Of a DNA stretch of 64,000 bases, positions 60,514 to 64,000 are shown one piece after another. Each line of letters opens with the position of its first letter. Positions within the stretch are counted from its first letter, which is position 1. Both the position numbers and the translations under genes were made by a program. Under the pieces are notes generated by a model. That model ran no database searches and was not told the DNA's origin. It saw nothing but the letters and a program-made list of their open reading frames with translations. Source of the stretch: Gemmatimonadales bacterium (GTDB lineage: Bacteria; Gemmatimonadota; Gemmatimonadetes; Gemmatimonadales; GWC2-71-9); NCBI GenBank assembly GCA_044867445.1, contig JBIOUY010000370.1, forward strand, positions 9,037-73,036, in the 5' to 3' direction.

Positions 60514-60750
60514 CTAGCACCTTTTTCCCGCCGCGTCGAGGCGGAGCTTGATGGAGGCCATCAGCTGGGGAGGAAGGCTGGTCCGGCGGAGGCGAGACCG
60601 TATCCCGTCGAGGAGCGCCCTCTCGAAGCGATACTTCCGAAGACAGCTCAGACACTCATCCAGATGCTCGTCTACCCGGCGAACTTCCTCAGGCGAGAGG
60701 TTCCGGTCGAGATAGTCGTCCAGTCGGCCCAGAACCTCCTCACACGTCAC
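60514..60750 (-). CDS. Second zf-HC2 anti-sigma-like protein
   Basis: TCEE..LDDYLD..HLDECLSC. Confidence 0.85.
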   Translation of the reverse strand: MTCEEVLGRLDDYLDRNLSPEEVRRVDEHLDECLSCLRKYRFERALLDGIRSRLRRTSLPPQLMASIKLRLDAAGKRC

Positions 60751-60792
60751 GTGGCTCCGCCTTTCACCTGAAGCTGCGGGCGCGTGCCCCGT

Positions 60793-62316
60793 TCAGCTAC
60801 CCCCGATTGGCCGGGAAACGCCGCCGGACTGAGTTTGGTTCCATGGAGGACACTGCAGGGCTCCGTCGCGCCAGTGGGTCCGGCGGGCATGGACGTAGCT
60901 CATGTCCCACCGGACTGCGCGGGCAAAGTCGGCATCCCACCGATCCTTGAGGATGGTGGCGAGGACGCAGGCCTGCCCCCTGGAGAGAGTGTGAAGCTCA
61001 CGGCGGATGACGGGAAGGGCATCGGCGCTGAGCAGCGCGGTATAGGCGGGATCAAATGGCCGGCCGGCAGCCGCGCGCGACAGGTTGGTGGCCGCGATCA
61101 GGCCGTCGGGGTTCAGCAGATTAAGAGTCAGGAGTACCAGGAGCGCGGCGGTGACAGCACCGGAGGCGAATCGGAAACGCCGTCCCCGTAGCACGGTTGC
61201 CGCGAACCAGCCGAATACCAGCACCAGCCAACCCATGAAGGCCGTGGTGTAGAACCGCGACTCGGTGAGACCGTACTCCAGCGTATAGAGCCGCATGCGG
61301 AAGAGCGCCGAGGCGAGCATGACGTTGAGCAGGACCAGCATGAGGCAGGCCAATTGGCGGAAGACCCGCACGGCCTGGTGATCCTGTCGGTCCAGAGTCC
61401 AGTCAGCGACGAGAAGCAGCGGGAGCGAGAGTGCTACTACCGCAACCAGCTCGAAGAACCCGCTGCGGGCATACTCGGCGTAGCTCAAGCCGATGACCTG
61501 CCGCACCAGGTCCGCGCCCCCAAAGAGGTAGCGAAACTGCACCGCGACGAACGCCAGAAACAGAAGATCGACCAGCGCCACGACCGTGCCCACCTGCCCC
61601 AGGCGAAGCCGTCCTGCCCACGAGCCGGCGGTCGAGGGCGGCTGTGGCTGGGTCTTGGTAAAGACTCGAAGCAAGCCCGCCACCGTCCATGACCACAGGC
61701 ATACCGCGACACCGTGCTCGACCAGGAAATCGATCTTTGCTCGAAAGGCGTCGGTCATCAGCCGGGAGAAGACTGGATCGCTATCCATGAGCAATCCGCC
61801 GAATACCGTGATGACCGGCACTGCCGCCGCCAGCCCAACCACCGCATCGCTCACCACTCGCACCCCGCCCTTCCGAGGAATCGAGCGCCACTCGATGTCC
61901 GAGAGGAGCAGCGGGATTCCTCCCAGGGTGGCGCCGCCGAGCATTTGTCCGGCGCCCCAGGCGTAGTCAGCCAGTCCGGCACGTTCGTGGGACACCGCCA
62001 CGACCCGAGGCGATGCCAGAGTCAGCAGGCCCGCCAAACCGAGGAGGTTGAGCGCGAACAGGGTGGGTGAATCGCGCCACACCAGAGCGACGCAAAGCAG
62101 GCCCAGCGGCACTCCGATCGGAGCAAGCTTGGACGGAAGAGAGATCAGCTCACGCTGGGCCATGAACCCAACCATCAGGGCCAGTGCTCCCAGACCCACC
62201 GCCACATTGAGCCGCCCCGGCAGCGTGTGCGCCAGGACGTCCGCGGCAAGTCCCAGCGCGATGCCGGCCGCGAGGATCGCGAGCCCCTCGCGAGTCCGGC
62301 CGGCCATCGGCATCAC
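60793..62316 (-). CDS. DUF4153/DUF4173-like membrane protein
   Basis: [42 protein letters not shown]. Confidence 0.85.
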   Translation of the reverse strand: MMPMAGRTREGLAILAAGIALGLAADVLAHTLPGRLNVAVGLGALALMVGFMAQRELISLPSKLAPIGVPLGLLCVALVWRDSPTLFALNLLGLAGLLTLASPRVVAVSHERAGLADYAWGAGQMLGGATLGGIPLLLSDIEWRSIPRKGGVRVVSDAVVGLAAAVPVITVFGGLLMDSDPVFSRLMTDAFRAKIDFLVEHGVAVCLWSWTVAGLLRVFTKTQPQPPSTAGSWAGRLRLGQVGTVVALVDLLFLAFVAVQFRYLFGGADLVRQVIGLSYAEYARSGFFELVAVVALSLPLLLVADWTLDRQDHQAVRVFRQLACLMLVLLNVMLASALFRMRLYTLEYGLTESRFYTTAFMGWLVLVFGWFAATVLRGRRFRFASGAVTAALLVLLTLNLLNPDGLIAATNLSRAAAGRPFDPAYTALLSADALPVIRRELHTLSRGQACVLATILKDRWDADFARAVRWDMSYVHARRTHWRDGALQCPPWNQTQSGGVSRPIGGS

Positions 62317-63044
62317 CCGGCTACCGCGTCGGAAAGTCCCCCGAAGCGTCGTTCCCGCGAAGCGAACTCCCGCACCGCCGCATGCAGATCGTCAGGGCCG
62401 AAGTCGGGCCATAGCCGATTCAGGAACAGCAGCTCGGCGTAGGCCGCCTCCCAGAGAAGGAAGTCGCTCAAGCGCTGCTCCCCGCCGGTACGAATCAGCA
62501 GATCGAGATCGGGTACCGGGCTGCCATGATCCACGATGGCGAGCAGCCGCGAGAACGATTCCCGGGTCGGCACCACACCGGGTCGAATACACTGGGCGGC
62601 GCGAAGGATCGCATCACGGGAGGAATAGTCCAGCGCGATGCGGAGATGCAAACGGGTGCCGGCAATCGTCTGCTGCTCGGCCGCTTCGACTGCGGCGCGC
62701 AGCGCGCGCGAGATCCGATCTCTGCGCCCGATCACCTCGAGTCGCACACCATTCTCGAGGCAGCGGGCCACTTCGCCGCGAAGATACTCACGAAAGATTC
62801 GCATGAGCCAGGCGACTTCGGAGGGAGGTCGCCGCCAGTTGTCAGCGGAGAAGGCATAGAGCGTGAGCACCCCGATCCCCGCTCCAGGGGCCGCTTCGAC
62901 GCAGCGCCGCACCGCCTCGGCTCCTTCGCGGTGTCCTGCCGAGCGCGACCGCCCTCGCTGCTCAGCCCAGCGTCCGTTCCCATCCATGATGATGCCGACA
63001 TGGAGACGGGATGGCGCGGCCATCTGCGAAGCGCTTTGCTTCAT
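62313..63044 (-). CDS. uppS: Undecaprenyl diphosphate synthase (cis-prenyltransferase)
   Basis: [45 protein letters not shown]. Confidence 0.95.
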   Translation of the reverse strand: MKQSASQMAAPSRLHVGIIMDGNGRWAEQRGRSRSAGHREGAEAVRRCVEAAPGAGIGVLTLYAFSADNWRRPPSEVAWLMRIFREYLRGEVARCLENGVRLEVIGRRDRISRALRAAVEAAEQQTIAGTRLHLRIALDYSSRDAILRAAQCIRPGVVPTRESFSRLLAIVDHGSPVPDLDLLIRTGGEQRLSDFLLWEAAYAELLFLNRLWPDFGPDDLHAAVREFASRERRFGGLSDAVAG

Positions 63045-63071
63045 AAAGCTGCTCCTCAAAAAAAGAACGGG

Positions 63072-63461
63072 TCAGCGTTCCCGGGTCCGCCGAATCAACG
63101 CTTCCATGTGCTCCAGGTAGTGCTCCAGCGCCTGGCGGCCGGCCGAATTCAACCGGTACTCCGTCTTGGGCACTCGGCCTTCGAACGACTTGGTACAATC
63201 GATGTAGCCTGCCTCTTCCAACTTGCGGGCGTGGACGCTGAGATTGCCGTCGGTCGTCTCCAGCAGACGCTTGAGCTCGTTGAAGCTGAGTGACTCATTC
63301 ACGGCTAGGGCGCTCACGATTGCGAGCCGCATGCGCTCATGAATCAGGCGGTCGAGCTCGAGCGGGCCGAGGCTCGCTTCTCCGCCACGCACGCCGTGCA
63401 GCGGCTGATGCCCGTCGCCCCCCTCGGGACCGCGTGGTGCGAGATTGGACTTAGCCACCAT
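63072..63461 (-). CDS. Winged-helix transcriptional regulator
   Basis: [35 protein letters not shown]. Confidence 0.9.
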   Translation of the reverse strand: MVAKSNLAPRGPEGGDGHQPLHGVRGGEASLGPLELDRLIHERMRLAIVSALAVNESLSFNELKRLLETTDGNLSVHARKLEEAGYIDCTKSFEGRVPKTEYRLNSAGRQALEHYLEHMEALIRRTRER

Positions 63462-64000
63462 ACCTCCGTGCGATGATCGAACCGAAGACGATGTGCAGTC
63501 CTCCAAAGCCAGCTACCATGAAGGGATCGCCCCAGGAGGGCGGACCGAAGAGTGCGGCGGCACCCAACAGCATGAAGCAGATTCCCATCAGTGGAACGAC
63601 TCGGACCGAGAACGCTCCCCCGGTCACCACGCCGGTGCCGTAGAGCAGGAGCCAGGTACCCGGGAGGGCGGTATGCAAGTCAGCCCGGATCATTGCCGCC
63701 GTGAGCAATGCTCCGACCACGAGGGGCGGCACGAAGCTCAGGACAAAGCGGCGTCCCGAGTACGATAAGACCGGCGTACCGGCCCGCCGGGCCTTCGCCC
63801 TCATAGCGAGGCCCCCGATCGTCAGGGCCACCATCGCGGCGCCGAGCCAAGTGAGCAGCCAATCCAACGGGGTGAGTCGCGCCCGAGCGATGGCGCCGGC
63901 AGCGAAGGCGGTGACTCCCATGGCCACGCCTCCCCAGCCCGGTACGGCGGTGAACGCGGTCGCCCGCTCCATCGTCTGCCGAATAAAGGAGAGATTGTCC
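63451..64000 (-). CDS. Membrane protein (5' end beyond right edge)
   Basis: [23 protein letters not shown] followed by several hydrophobic helices. Confidence 0.75.
   Translation of the reverse strand, partial: DNLSFIRQTMERATAFTAVPGWGGVAMGVTAFAAGAIARARLTPLDWLLTWLGAAMVALTIGGLAMRAKARRAGTPVLSYSGRRFVLSFVPPLVVGALLTAAMIRADLHTALPGTWLLLYGTGVVTGGAFSVRVVPLMGICFMLLGAAALFGPPSWGDPFMVAGFGGLHIVFGSIIARRYGG

Overview
GC-rich bacterial window; gene content and style suggest Gemmatimonadota (inference). Five blocks: (1) 1-16.9 kb housekeeping: NurA-like gene cut by the left edge, LuxR HTH, aminotransferase, degenerate DEAD-box/DbpA protein, HU, tdk, four-helix-bundle gene, coaE, gcvH-gcvP, lipoate ligase, dpp/opp ABC transporter. 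(2) 17-25 kb flagellar/chemotaxis-type regulatory cassette with no structural genes: His kinase, FlgN-like, FliA, FlhG, HD-GYP, sigma54 activator, FlgM-like, CheY, CheZ-like, plus one sigma54 and two sigma28 promoter motifs. (3) 25-28.7 kb miscellaneous genes. (4) 28.7-39.7 kb inserted island: IS5-family remnant, merR-merT-merP-merF-like-merA, a second flavin disulfide reductase, then an AraC-linked array of two intact and two decayed MerB-like genes with a TSUP transporter. (5) 39.9-64 kb stress/sugar-oxidation cluster around an ECF sigma factor and two zinc anti-sigma factors; five promoters share G(G/A)AACC-N14-NNCATT. Across the window are about ten 7-bp or 9-bp tandem-repeat arrays, mostly inverted pairs, and three GTCAT..ATGAC-type palindromes. 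One heptamer pair encloses the four-helix-bundle gene, and several repeats supply start or stop codons or translated extensions of neighbouring genes. All calls come from reading motifs by eye; no database search was run.
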